Shown: piece by piece, positions 13,887 through 23,400 of the stretch
Numbering within the stretch: position 1 is the stretch's first letter
Layout of the letters: every line of letters begins with the position of its first letter
Assembly: GCA_963765205.1 (NCBI GenBank)
Contig: CAVXVB010000005.1
Span: forward strand, 544,001 to 608,000
Direction of reading: 5' to 3'
Source of the DNA: an uncultured Verrucomicrobiae bacterium
GTDB lineage: Bacteria; Verrucomicrobiota; Verrucomicrobiia; Opitutales; JABDGR01
DNA: 64,000 nt
Made by a program: the position numbers and the translations under genes
Notes under the pieces: model-generated
The model's database searches: none
The model's input: only the letters and a program-made list of their open reading frames with translations
What the model was told of the DNA's origin: nothing

Positions 13887-14339
13887 TCAATCCCACACAT
13901 GCCGCTCATCAAACTCGACGCCATAACGGCGCAAAAACGCCCGAAATTCGTCTTGGAAGGTCACCTTCTTATGATGAACTCGCTGATTGCGAATGTATTC
14001 ACAAACTTCCTCGACGGCGGATTGGCTGACGGAAAACGCCCCATACCCATTTTGCCAATGAAATTTGGCATACGCTTTGTTTTGGGTTTTGAGCCACGGG
14101 GAGGAGCCGCGTTTTATTTGGGAGACAATATCGCTCAGAGTATGGGTGCGTGAAAGCGTAAATAGCAAATGCGCGTGGTCGGGTTCGGAGTTGATTTCCA
14201 CCGCGGGTGAATCCAAGTCACGCAGGATTCCGCCGAGATAGCCATGGAGGGCCGCGCGGGTGTCGTCGGTCAGCACCGGTTCGCGGTTTTTGATCGAGAA
14301 AATTAGGTGGATGTAGATTTTGGCGAGGGATTGGGACAT
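13887..14339 (-). mobile_element. tnpA: IS200/IS605-family Y1 (HUH) transposase, RAYT-like
   Basis: MSQSLAKIYIHLIFSIKNR, DHAHLL (HUH), WQNGYGAFSVS, YIRNQ..HH (catalytic Tyr). Confidence 0.92.
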
Positions 14340-14347
14340 GGTAAAGC

Positions 14348-14458
14348 CTCCTGCGCCCTGACAGGGCGCTTTAGATTACGGGATATATTATGACCCAGGG
14401 TTTCTCCCGCAAGGCGGGATCAACCCTGGGCTTGGCTCCTTCGCTCTTTCAGAGCGAA
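14348..14458. repeat. REP-like palindromic element, right flank, inverted relative to the left copy
   Basis: CAACCCTGGGCTTGGCTCC (14421-14439) is the exact reverse complement of 13799-13817; hairpins GCGCCCTGACAGGGCGC and CGCTCTTTCAGAGCG. Confidence 0.8.
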
Positions 14459-14478
14459 GACAAGAATTGTAGGTTGCT

Positions 14479-17274
14479 CTACTTCTTCTTCGCCGTCGTC
14501 GCCTTTGCCTCGGCAATCGCCGCTTGCGCCGCCGCCAGCCGGGCCGTGGGCACGCGGAAGGGCGAGCAGCTCACATACGTCAGTCCGATTTGGTGGCAGA
14601 ATTTCACGGAGTCCGGGTCGCCGCCGTGTTCGCCGCAGATGCCGAGCTTGATCTTTGGGTTCGTCGCCTGGCCGCCTTTGACCGCGATTTTCATCAGCTC
14701 GCCGACGCCCGTTTGGTCAATGCTGGCGAAGGGGTTCTTCTTCACGATTTCGAGTTCCTGATACTTGGGCAGGAACGAACCGGAGTCGTCGCGGCTCATA
14801 CCGAGGGTGGTCTGCGTGAGGTCGTTGGTGCCGAAGGAGAAGAACTGCGCGGTCTGCGCGATTTCACCGGCGGTCAGCGCCCCGCGCGGCACTTCGATCA
14901 TCGTGCCGACGAGGTATTCGAATTTGGTCTTCTTTTCCTTCGCCACTTCGGCGGCCACGCGGTGGACGATTTCGACCTGCAAATCCAACTCCTTCTTGAA
15001 GCCCACCAGCGGAATCATGATTTCCGGGCGCACCTTGATGCCTTTTTTCTGCACCTGCGCCGCGGCCTCAAAAATCGCGCGGCACTGCATCTCCGAAATT
15101 TCCGGATACGTGACGCCCAGGCGGCAACCGCGAAAGCCCAGCATCGGGTTGAACTCGTGCAACTCCGCCACGCGGCGCGAGACGAGCTCCGGCTTGACGC
15201 CGATTTTCTCCGCCGATTCGCGGATGGTGACATCGTCGTGCGGCAGGAATTCGTGCAGCGGCGGGTCGAGCAGGCGGATTGTCGCGGGCAGGCCCTTGAG
15301 CGCCGTGAAAATGCCCGCGAAGTCGTCCCGCTGGTAGGGAAGGAGTTTGTTGAGCGCGGCTTTGCGCTGCTCATACGATTCGGCCACGATCATTTCACGC
15401 ACGGAGTAGATGCGGTTGCCTTCAAAGAACATGTGCTCGGTGCGGCACAGCCCGATGCCGGATGCGCCGAAGGAGATGGCGTTGCGCGTCTGCTCCGGGC
15501 TGTCGGCGTTCGTGCGCACTTGCAGGCGCGTCGCCTTCCCGCACCAATCCATGAGCTGCGCGAAGTTTTTATACGTCGAACCCTTGCGCGCGGCGGCGTC
15601 ACCGTGCAAGAGGCCCTGGATGATGTCCGACGGCGCAGTCTTGACCTGGCCGGCGTAAACCGCCCCCGACGTGCCATCAATCGAGAGGTATTCGCCCTCC
15701 TTGAACGTGTTTGGCCCGACCGTGAGCGTGACGGCGTTGTAATCAATGTGCAGCGCGCTTGCGCCGCACACGCAGACCTTGCCCATCTGGCGCGCCACCA
15801 GCGCCGCGTGCGAGCTGACGCCCCCGCGCGCGGTCAGGATGCCCTCGGCGGCGATCATGCCGCGCAAGTCTTCCGGCGAAGTCTCGGCGCGCACCAGCAG
15901 CACCTTTTCGCCCTTGGCCGCCGCCGCGACGGCGCGCTCGGCGTTGAAATAGATTTTCCCCGACGCCGCGCCCGGCCCGGCGGGCAGGCCCGTGGCGATG
16001 ACGGGCGCGTTCTTCAGCGCCTCGCGGTCGAACACCGGCGCGAGCACCTGGTCCAACTGGTCGGCGGGCACGCGCATGACGGCGGTCTGCCAGTCAATCA
16101 GCTTCTCCTTCACCATTTCGCACGCGATGCGCACGGCCGCGACGCCGGTGCGCTTGCCGTTGCGCGTCTGCAGCATGAAGACTTTGCGGTCCTGGATGGT
16201 GAACTCGAAGTCTTGCATGTCGTGGAAATGCTTTTCCAACGCGCCGCGGATGCGTTCCAGTTCCGCGTAGGCGCTCGGCATGACCTGCTTCAGCTCATGC
16301 ACCGGCTGCGGCGTGCGCACGCCGGCGACGACATCCTCGCCCTGCGCGTTCATCAGGAATTCGCCGTAGAAAACTTTTTCGCCCGAGGCCGGGTCGCGCG
16401 TGAAGGCCACGCCGGAGCCGGACTCGTTGCCCGTGTTGCCAAACACCATCGCCTGCACGTTGACCGCCGTGCCCCATTCGGTCGGGATGCCATATTTGCG
16501 GCGATAGACGATGGCGCGGTCGTTCATCCACGAGCCGAACACGGCGCCAATCGCGCCTTCAAGCTGCTGCCACGGGTCGGCGGGGAAGTCATGGCCCGTG
16601 CGCTCCTTGACCAGGCGCTTGAAGCGCACGACCAGCTCCTTGAGATCGAGCGTCGAAAGGCGGGTGTCCTCGATTTCGGCGTTCTTGTAGCGCTCCTGCT
16701 TGAGGTCGCCGATGACGATTTCAAAAGGCTCGTGGTCCTCGCCCGCGCGTTTCTGCACGCCGAGCACTACATCGCCATACATCTGAATGAAGCGGCGGTA
16801 GCAGTCCCACGCTAGGCGCGGGTTGTTGGTCGCGCGCTCGACGGCGAGCACGGTCTGGTCATTGAGGCCCAGGTTGAGAATGGTGTCCATCATGCCCGGC
16901 ATCGAGTCCCGCGCGCCTGAGCGCACGGCGACCAGCAGCGGCAGTTGCGCGGCGTCGCCAAACTTGACGCCCATGATTTGCTCGACGCCCGCCATCGCGG
17001 CGGCGATCTGGGCCTTGAGCGCGGCCGGGTAGGTGCGCTTGTTGGCGTAGTAGTAATTGCAGACCTCCGTCGTGATGGTGAACCCCGGGGGCACCGGCAG
17101 GCCGATGCGGGCCATCTCGCCGAGGTTGGCGCCCTTGCCGCCCAGCAAGGCGCGCATCGAGCCGTTGCCATCGGCGCGCCCATTGCCCCAGGCATAGACG
17201 TATTTCGGGCCTTTGGACTTCGAGCCGGAGGCGGGTTTCTTGAGCAATTTAGCGGAGGATTTCTTGGCGGACAT
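14479..17274 (-). CDS. ppdK: Pyruvate, phosphate dikinase
   Basis: [30 protein letters not shown] (phospho-His), [26 protein letters not shown]. Confidence 0.98.
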   Translation of the reverse strand: MSAKKSSAKLLKKPASGSKSKGPKYVYAWGNGRADGNGSMRALLGGKGANLGEMARIGLPVPPGFTITTEVCNYYYANKRTYPAALKAQIAAAMAGVEQIMGVKFGDAAQLPLLVAVRSGARDSMPGMMDTILNLGLNDQTVLAVERATNNPRLAWDCYRRFIQMYGDVVLGVQKRAGEDHEPFEIVIGDLKQERYKNAEIEDTRLSTLDLKELVVRFKRLVKERTGHDFPADPWQQLEGAIGAVFGSWMNDRAIVYRRKYGIPTEWGTAVNVQAMVFGNTGNESGSGVAFTRDPASGEKVFYGEFLMNAQGEDVVAGVRTPQPVHELKQVMPSAYAELERIRGALEKHFHDMQDFEFTIQDRKVFMLQTRNGKRTGVAAVRIACEMVKEKLIDWQTAVMRVPADQLDQVLAPVFDREALKNAPVIATGLPAGPGAASGKIYFNAERAVAAAAKGEKVLLVRAETSPEDLRGMIAAEGILTARGGVSSHAALVARQMGKVCVCGASALHIDYNAVTLTVGPNTFKEGEYLSIDGTSGAVYAGQVKTAPSDIIQGLLHGDAAARKGSTYKNFAQLMDWCGKATRLQVRTNADSPEQTRNAISFGASGIGLCRTEHMFFEGNRIYSVREMIVAESYEQRKAALNKLLPYQRDDFAGIFTALKGLPATIRLLDPPLHEFLPHDDVTIRESAEKIGVKPELVSRRVAELHEFNPMLGFRGCRLGVTYPEISEMQCRAIFEAAAQVQKKGIKVRPEIMIPLVGFKKELDLQVEIVHRVAAEVAKEKKTKFEYLVGTMIEVPRGALTAGEIAQTAQFFSFGTNDLTQTTLGMSRDDSGSFLPKYQELEIVKKNPFASIDQTGVGELMKIAVKGGQATNPKIKLGICGEHGGDPDSVKFCHQIGLTYVSCSPFRVPTARLAAAQAAIAEAKATTAKKK

Positions 17275-17404
17275 CGGAGGAATAAGGGAGGGCAACGATT
17301 AACCCCCGTCAACGAAACGGGGGAACGTTTACGAATAGCGAACCAGGCGGGGGTGTCAATCGCGGAGTGGGGGAGAGGCGTTCCTACCGCAAGTCAATCA
17401 ACCT

Positions 17405-19357
17405 TCACTGCCCCGTCGGCACCATCGCATTCTGCGCGCTGCCGTTGATTATCCCCAGCAACTGGTTGGCGTAGTCGCGCACTTCCTGGGCGGGGTCTTT
17501 TTGCGCGGCGGTGGTGATGACCGCCACCACGTTCGGGTTCGTCGCGGCGAACGCGGCGAGTTGCGTCAAGGCTTGTTGACGGGCGGCGGCGGAATTGCCG
17601 CTCGCCACGACGGCCGACAGGTCGGAAATCGCCGCCGGCCCTTTTTCCGCCGCCAGCGTTTTGACCGCCACGGCCTGCACATCGGGCGAGGGGTCGTTCT
17701 TGATGGCGTTGATCACCAGCGCCTGCGCCTCGTCGGTTGTGACCCGCGCGAGGCTGCCGATGGCATTCTGGCGGACGAGCGCGTTGTCGCTTTGCGCCGC
17801 TTGGGTGACGGCGGCGGGCACCTGGCTGGGGCCGAGGTTGCCCACGGCGTCGAGCGCGGCGATGTAATCATTGAGCGACAGGCCGGGCGTGTTGAGCACG
17901 CCCAGCACATAATCGCTGATTTGCTCGAAACGCGCCGGGTCGCTGTCGCGCACTTTGTCGCCCACCGCGCCGAGCACCAGCAGCGCTGTGTTGGCCAAAT
18001 CGCCGCCTTGGGAGAATAGGCCCTCCAACAACGCATCCGCCTCCGGCATGGGCGCGCCGGTTTGCACATAGGAGAACAGCGCCATTTCGCGGAACGACGC
18101 CGGCAAGTCTTCCGAGCTGGCCACGGCGAACAGGTCGGCCTGTGCGGCGGGCGTGCCGGCCGCGCCAAGGATGCCGAGCAGCGCCGACGCCAGCGGGCTG
18201 CCGTCGGCCTCGCTGCGCAATTCGTCGAGCAATGAATCCGCCAGGCCCGGCGTGGCCTTGAGTTGGTGGATGAGTTTTTCCGCCACGCGGATTTCATCCT
18301 GTTTGTTCATCGCCCCCGCTTGCACAAGGTCGCGCAAATCGCGCAGATTAGTGGCGAAATCGCCGTTATCCTCCGCAGCCGCGGCATCCTCATCGGCGTT
18401 GAATTCGCCCGCCCACGTCGTGGTGACATATTTATTCAGATCAATTTCCGCCAGCGTGCGGGCCGCGACCGGGGTGGGGGACTTCTCCAGCACGAACGAA
18501 AAACCACCACTCGACTCCGTGTGGCTGAGGGCTTGGATGCCGTCAAACGTGATTTTCTCCGCGCCCACAATCTCGCGCGGGTAGCCGTCGAAATGGATTT
18601 GCACCGAAGATGCGACTTTGTACGCGGACGCGAGCGCGACCGGGCCGGAACTCAGGCGCAGGTAGCGCGTCTTCCGTTTCACGAGGTCCCCCGGCAGTGT
18701 CGGGCCGGACAGCAGGTATTGCGCGACAAATTCGCCCGTGGCGTCCTCCTCGACGCGCGTCCAGCGGGTGGCGTGGCCACTTTGGGGCAGGACGACCTGC
18801 CAGCGCGCCAGCGTGTCGCGCCAGCTATTGCGCGCGTCCGCCGACAGCGCGAGCGGGACCTTCAATTGCGCAATGCGCCCGGATTTTTCCATGAACACCA
18901 GCACCTCCGCGCCCGCGAGATCGGCGGGTGTTTTGTCATTCGCGCCTTCGCCACTGTCCGCCGTCAGCCGAACCTTGTCCCAAACAAATCCGACAATCCA
19001 GCCTGCGCCGGTGGCGGAGTAAACGGTGAGCCGCAACTGCCCGGTTTCGGCCAGCTTCAAGTCCGGCGCCGCGCCAGGCGTTTTGGCCGAACCCAGACGC
19101 AGCGCGCCCTCCGCGGTGAAATCATAAACCAATTGCTCGCCGACCTGAAACTCGTAGCCCGTAGCGTTCGCGTGAGCCGCCACCGGCGAACTTTGGCCGG
19201 CGCCGCCGGGCGCATTTGCCGCCGGTGTCGCCGATTGATCCCCCACCCACCAAACCACCCCCGCCACGGCCAGCAAGAGCAGAACTACCCCAAGCTTAGT
19301 TTTTAAGCCGGTGCTTCCGAGTCGGTTCTTAAGTCGGGTTGGTGGCGGGTCGTCCAC
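17405..19357 (-). CDS. Membrane-anchored protein with vitellogenin/MTP-like N-terminal beta-barrel and alpha-helical/HEAT domain
   Basis: N-terminal TM; FQVGEQLVYDF, G.IAQL....ARNSWRDTLARWQ, EEDATGEFVAQY, LVKRK, LGAAGTPAAQ, LLVLGA, LDAVGNLG, VRQNAIGSL. Confidence 0.7.
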   Translation of the reverse strand: MDDPPPTRLKNRLGSTGLKTKLGVVLLLLAVAGVVWWVGDQSATPAANAPGGAGQSSPVAAHANATGYEFQVGEQLVYDFTAEGALRLGSAKTPGAAPDLKLAETGQLRLTVYSATGAGWIVGFVWDKVRLTADSGEGANDKTPADLAGAEVLVFMEKSGRIAQLKVPLALSADARNSWRDTLARWQVVLPQSGHATRWTRVEEDATGEFVAQYLLSGPTLPGDLVKRKTRYLRLSSGPVALASAYKVASSVQIHFDGYPREIVGAEKITFDGIQALSHTESSGGFSFVLEKSPTPVAARTLAEIDLNKYVTTTWAGEFNADEDAAAAEDNGDFATNLRDLRDLVQAGAMNKQDEIRVAEKLIHQLKATPGLADSLLDELRSEADGSPLASALLGILGAAGTPAAQADLFAVASSEDLPASFREMALFSYVQTGAPMPEADALLEGLFSQGGDLANTALLVLGAVGDKVRDSDPARFEQISDYVLGVLNTPGLSLNDYIAALDAVGNLGPSQVPAAVTQAAQSDNALVRQNAIGSLARVTTDEAQALVINAIKNDPSPDVQAVAVKTLAAEKGPAAISDLSAVVASGNSAAARQQALTQLAAFAATNPNVVAVITTAAQKDPAQEVRDYANQLLGIINGSAQNAMVPTGQ

Positions 19358-19446
19358 GAAAGGCCTTTCAATACTCCATGGATTTCAACCGCTGGAGCTA
19401 AGGCCGTCAATCACCCAACACTGCGTCAATGCTGAAGCGGTGGAAT

Positions 19447-20257
19447 TTACAGGCTCAGGAGAGTGTAGACGCGGGCCGGGAGCACAAAGCTCGCCAGCGT
19501 ATCCGAGCCGGACAGTGCGCTGGCGGCGGTGGCCGCGTTCAACTGGACCAAGAGAAGAAGGTTGGCCGAAATCAAGTGAAAGCGTGAACGTGCCGCTCAT
19601 CGTCTTGACATTGTCGGTGGCGGCATTGGCGGCCAGGGTGGCATTGCCGATGGCCAGATTTGAGGTCAAGGTGACTTTATCACCGTATTTCGAGGCGACC
19701 GTGGCGCTGGCCGTGCCGCCGACATCACTGTTCACGTTGCCGGAAAGGACCACGTTGTCGTTCGTGGCGGTCATCGCCGCCGTCATGTCAATGGCCCCGC
19801 TGCCGGAGAGGGTGCCGGTGACGGCCACGGGTATCGCCCCGGCGCTCGACGGCACGGAAATCGTTGAACTCGTGCTCACAAACGTCTGCGTCGTGGACTT
19901 GTCCCAGGTGACCGCGGCCGCCGTGGTCTGGGAATAGACAATATACGAGCCAACGACGAGGGAAACGTTGTTCGAGGGGACGCCTTTGGTGAGTCCGCTG
20001 GTAAAGGAAAAGGTTTCCAAGGGCTTGGACACCCCCAGCAACTCCACGCTGCTGGACGCAGTGCCGGTGAGGCTGGCGCTCGTTGTGCTGTTAGTGGCAG
20101 AAAGGCTGTAGTTCGCGGTCGAACTGAGGTTGCTATTGCCTTCGCTGGTGCCATAAGTCACGCCGAGCGAGCCGGCGAGGGCGGAAGAGGCAGCGGCACC
20201 GAGCAAAAGGCCGGCACACAGCAGTTGCGACTTGAGACTGAGAAGGGAGGATTTCAT
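19447..20257 (-). CDS. Secreted Ser/Thr-rich all-beta protein, frameshifted near 19580
   Basis: Sec signal (LLCAGLLLGAAASSALA); amphipathic beta strands; removing one base near 19575-19582 gives the C-terminus ISANLLLLVQLNAATAASALSGSDTLASFVLPARVYTLLSL* ending at 19447. Confidence 0.7.
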
Positions 20258-20285
20258 GGTAGGTAAAATATGAATTGAAGACCCT

Positions 20286-20313
20286 ATTATCGTCATTCCG
20301 GGGTAATGTTCAA
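20286..20313 (-). promoter_or_regulatory. Candidate promoter for the 20257-17405 operon
   Basis: TTGAAC, 16 bp, GATAAT on the minus strand, about 30 bp upstream of the ATG. Confidence 0.35.
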
Positions 20314-20461
20314 GAAGATAAGGGTAAAAACCTTGTGAAATTGAGCCACCCTGGCGCTATCCTGCTAACGACAGGGTGGATATGGGGGGAATTCTCGAAT
20401 CCCCCTCCGGGGGGATGAATTTTCAGGTTTCCTTTTGGTGAATTTTCTGTTGCATTAAGAG

Positions 20462-23400
20462 ATGGCTAAAAAGTCGCTGATTCGCTGGGCCTTGATTATC
20501 TTCTGGTTGGTCGGGCTACTCTTGATCGCCGGGGTCGGGTTGGCGTTCAATTCAGGGGTGCAGACCAACGTGGCGCGTCATTTCCTGCTCAAAACCGACC
20601 CATCCGCCAAGCTCGACAGGGTTTCCTTCGGCCTGAGCCAGGGCGAAGTCCACGGGCTGGAAATGACGGTCGCCGGCTATCCCCTCAAGGTCGGTTCCGT
20701 GACGGTGCAGTATTCCCTCGGCAATCTGTTGTTCGGACATACCAAGACCATCGAGAGTGCGACCGTCAAGGACACGGTGTTCGACCTAAGCCAGCCACCG
20801 AAAAAAACGTCCACCGCGCCCCCCACGCCCGCCACTCCTGCGGCAGCCGGAAAAAGCGTGCCCCCCTCGGTGTTGATTATGAAGGCCGAGCTGGCCGGCT
20901 CCGCGCTCCTGCCGGGTCAACGCTCCGTGCAAGTGGCGTTCTCGATCCAAAACCTCGGCTCGGGCAGCGCCGGCCACGCCAACGGCTCGGTGATTTTCCA
21001 GGACCAATCACCCGGCGCGAAAGTAACGGGGATGCTCGCCGACGCGCAAATCAGCCTCTCCCTCGACGACGCGTTGATGCCCCCAAACGTGGATCTGCTC
21101 GCCACCCTCACCGCTAATCTGCCAGGGCAAACCCAACCCTCGAAAATCCAGGCCCACCTTTCGGCCAAGCCCGTCAGTGCCGCCAGCGGCGAATTCACGC
21201 TGTTCCTCGCGCCGCCGGAAGCGGGCGCCATGCCGCTTCTCACGGTCAATGGCGACTACGGCACGGCCGGCTCGGCCACGGGCAATTTCAGCGCCAACCT
21301 CTCGCGCGCCCAAATCGAGCCATTTGCCCTGGGCTTCAAATTGCCCGACTTTTCCCTCCAAGGTCAGGGGCAGTTCGCCGGTGACGCCGCCGCCCGCACC
21401 GGCAGTCTCAAGGCCGCGCTCACGGGCAATGCCAGGCAGTTGGAAAATGTCGCGCCCCAACTCGCCGGCCTCGGCTCCGTGCAGATCGCCGCGAGCGTGG
21501 ATGCGGATGTCGCGCCGGGAAATTCGTCCACCCACGCCCTGGCCATTGCGGGAAAAACCCTGTCGGTCACTCTTGCACCCCAAGAGGGAGCGCCGGCGGT
21601 CGCCCTCGAGTTGCTCAAGCCGGTCACGGTCGAGTATGGCGACAAAGGCCTCCAGATGCCGCCTGGCGCGGGCGCGGATTTGGCGCGAGTGACCTTGGCC
21701 CAAGTGCCGGCGGCGTGGCTCGCGGCGTTCCTACCCAAGGAATTTTCCGCGACTGGCCAGGGCTTCAACGGCCAGCTCACCCTCAGCGCGCGCGACGATG
21801 GCGCGCTTGTTGCCAACACTACCCAGCCACTGAACGTCGCGGGCCTCGACGTGCAGCAGAATGGCACCCCGCTGCTGGCCAATGGCTCCCTCGCGCTGGA
21901 TTTCACGGCGCAATACCTGGCCCCGGCGGTTTCCGCGCAGGTGCGGAATTTTTCCTTCCAGGCCCACGCCATCTCCGCGCCCGGCGCCACGCTGGCAACG
22001 GCGTCGCTTGCCGGCACCGCCGTGCAGGCGCAATTTGCGGGCAACGTGTCGGTCACACCCGGCGCGGCCGTGCCGGAAATCGCCGCCACCGGGAATTTCA
22101 CAGTGTCCGTGGATGTGGACAACCTCGACCGCCAGGCGCTCGGCCAGAATCTGCCCCTCCTGACGCCCGCCGGTTTACTCACCCTCAGCAGCACCTTTGA
22201 CGTGGCGACCGCGACCTCCGCCACGGACCCGAAAAGCGCCGTCCTCGTCATCAATTCTTTTCAAACCACGCTCACGAAGGGCATGGGCACCGTGACGCAG
22301 ACTTACGCCTCCATCAACGCGCTGCAAAAAATAACCCTCCCGCTGGCCAAGGACGCCGCGCTTCCTGCCATGAGCGGCAATCTCGCCACGATTGAGTTCA
22401 ACGGTTTTCCTCTCACCGTCGCGCAAATGTTTTTGCCTGCTGGCACCAAATTTTCCGGCAACCCGCTCACTGGGAAAATTCTGCTGGCTGGAGAGGGTGG
22501 CACGGACGCCGGCCTCGTCCTGCATACGCTGGCGCCGCTGACCATCGAGAAGGCCCGCTATTCGCAGAACCTTGACGACAAACTGGCCAATGTCACGCTC
22601 GCCTTCACTCCCGAAGGCTCCTGGCAGGCGGGCACTATCACGGGTAATCTCCACGCACAAGCCACTTCCGCCGCAGGCGTGCTGGTGGACGCGATGATCA
22701 ACGCCTCGCAAAGCCAGGACGCGCTGACGGTGGCCCTCACCATGAACGGCCAGTTGGCCGCACTGGCCGCGCAGCCGCTGGGCGCCGAGTGGCGCGACTA
22801 TTTGCCGAGCACCCAGCCCGCCTATGCGGTCAGCGTCAATCTCACGCGCACGGCAAGCGCGTTGACCCTCGCCTCGGCCGAAGCGCACGTCGCGCCCGCC
22901 ACCGGCGCACCGCTCGCCGATGTGAAACTGGATCAGCCACTCACCTTGCAAAATAATCCTTCCGCGAAACCCGATGCCACGGGCATGGCCAAATATCTCT
23001 GGCCGAGCCTCAAGGGCGACGTGCTGACGATGCAACTCAACAGCCTGCCCGCAGGCGTGCTCGCCCTCGCGCTGCCGGGCTACCGCCTCCAGGGCCGCGA
23101 AATTTCCGGTGACCTCGCCGTGCGCGGCGCAGGCGATGGCAATTATACCCTCGCGACCAACGCGCCCCTTGCCGCCTCGGGTCTGACGGTCACGCAGGTG
23201 GTCGACAAAAACACGACGGTCCCCCTGGTCAATGATTTGACCTTCACTCTCAAGCCCGCCGCCACCTTCAACCAGGATGGCTTGTCCACCGGCGGCGTGG
23301 ACGACTTGAAACTCACCTCCGCCAATGCCACCCTCGCGCAAGGCAATTTCTCCCTCACCCATATCAACGGGCAGGCCTGGCCTCGCGACGCCAAAATTTC

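Noticed and set aside
14524..16815. 763-aa ORF on the + strand
   Set aside because: Antisense shadow of ppdK caused by GC-rich codon bias; no recognisable motifs
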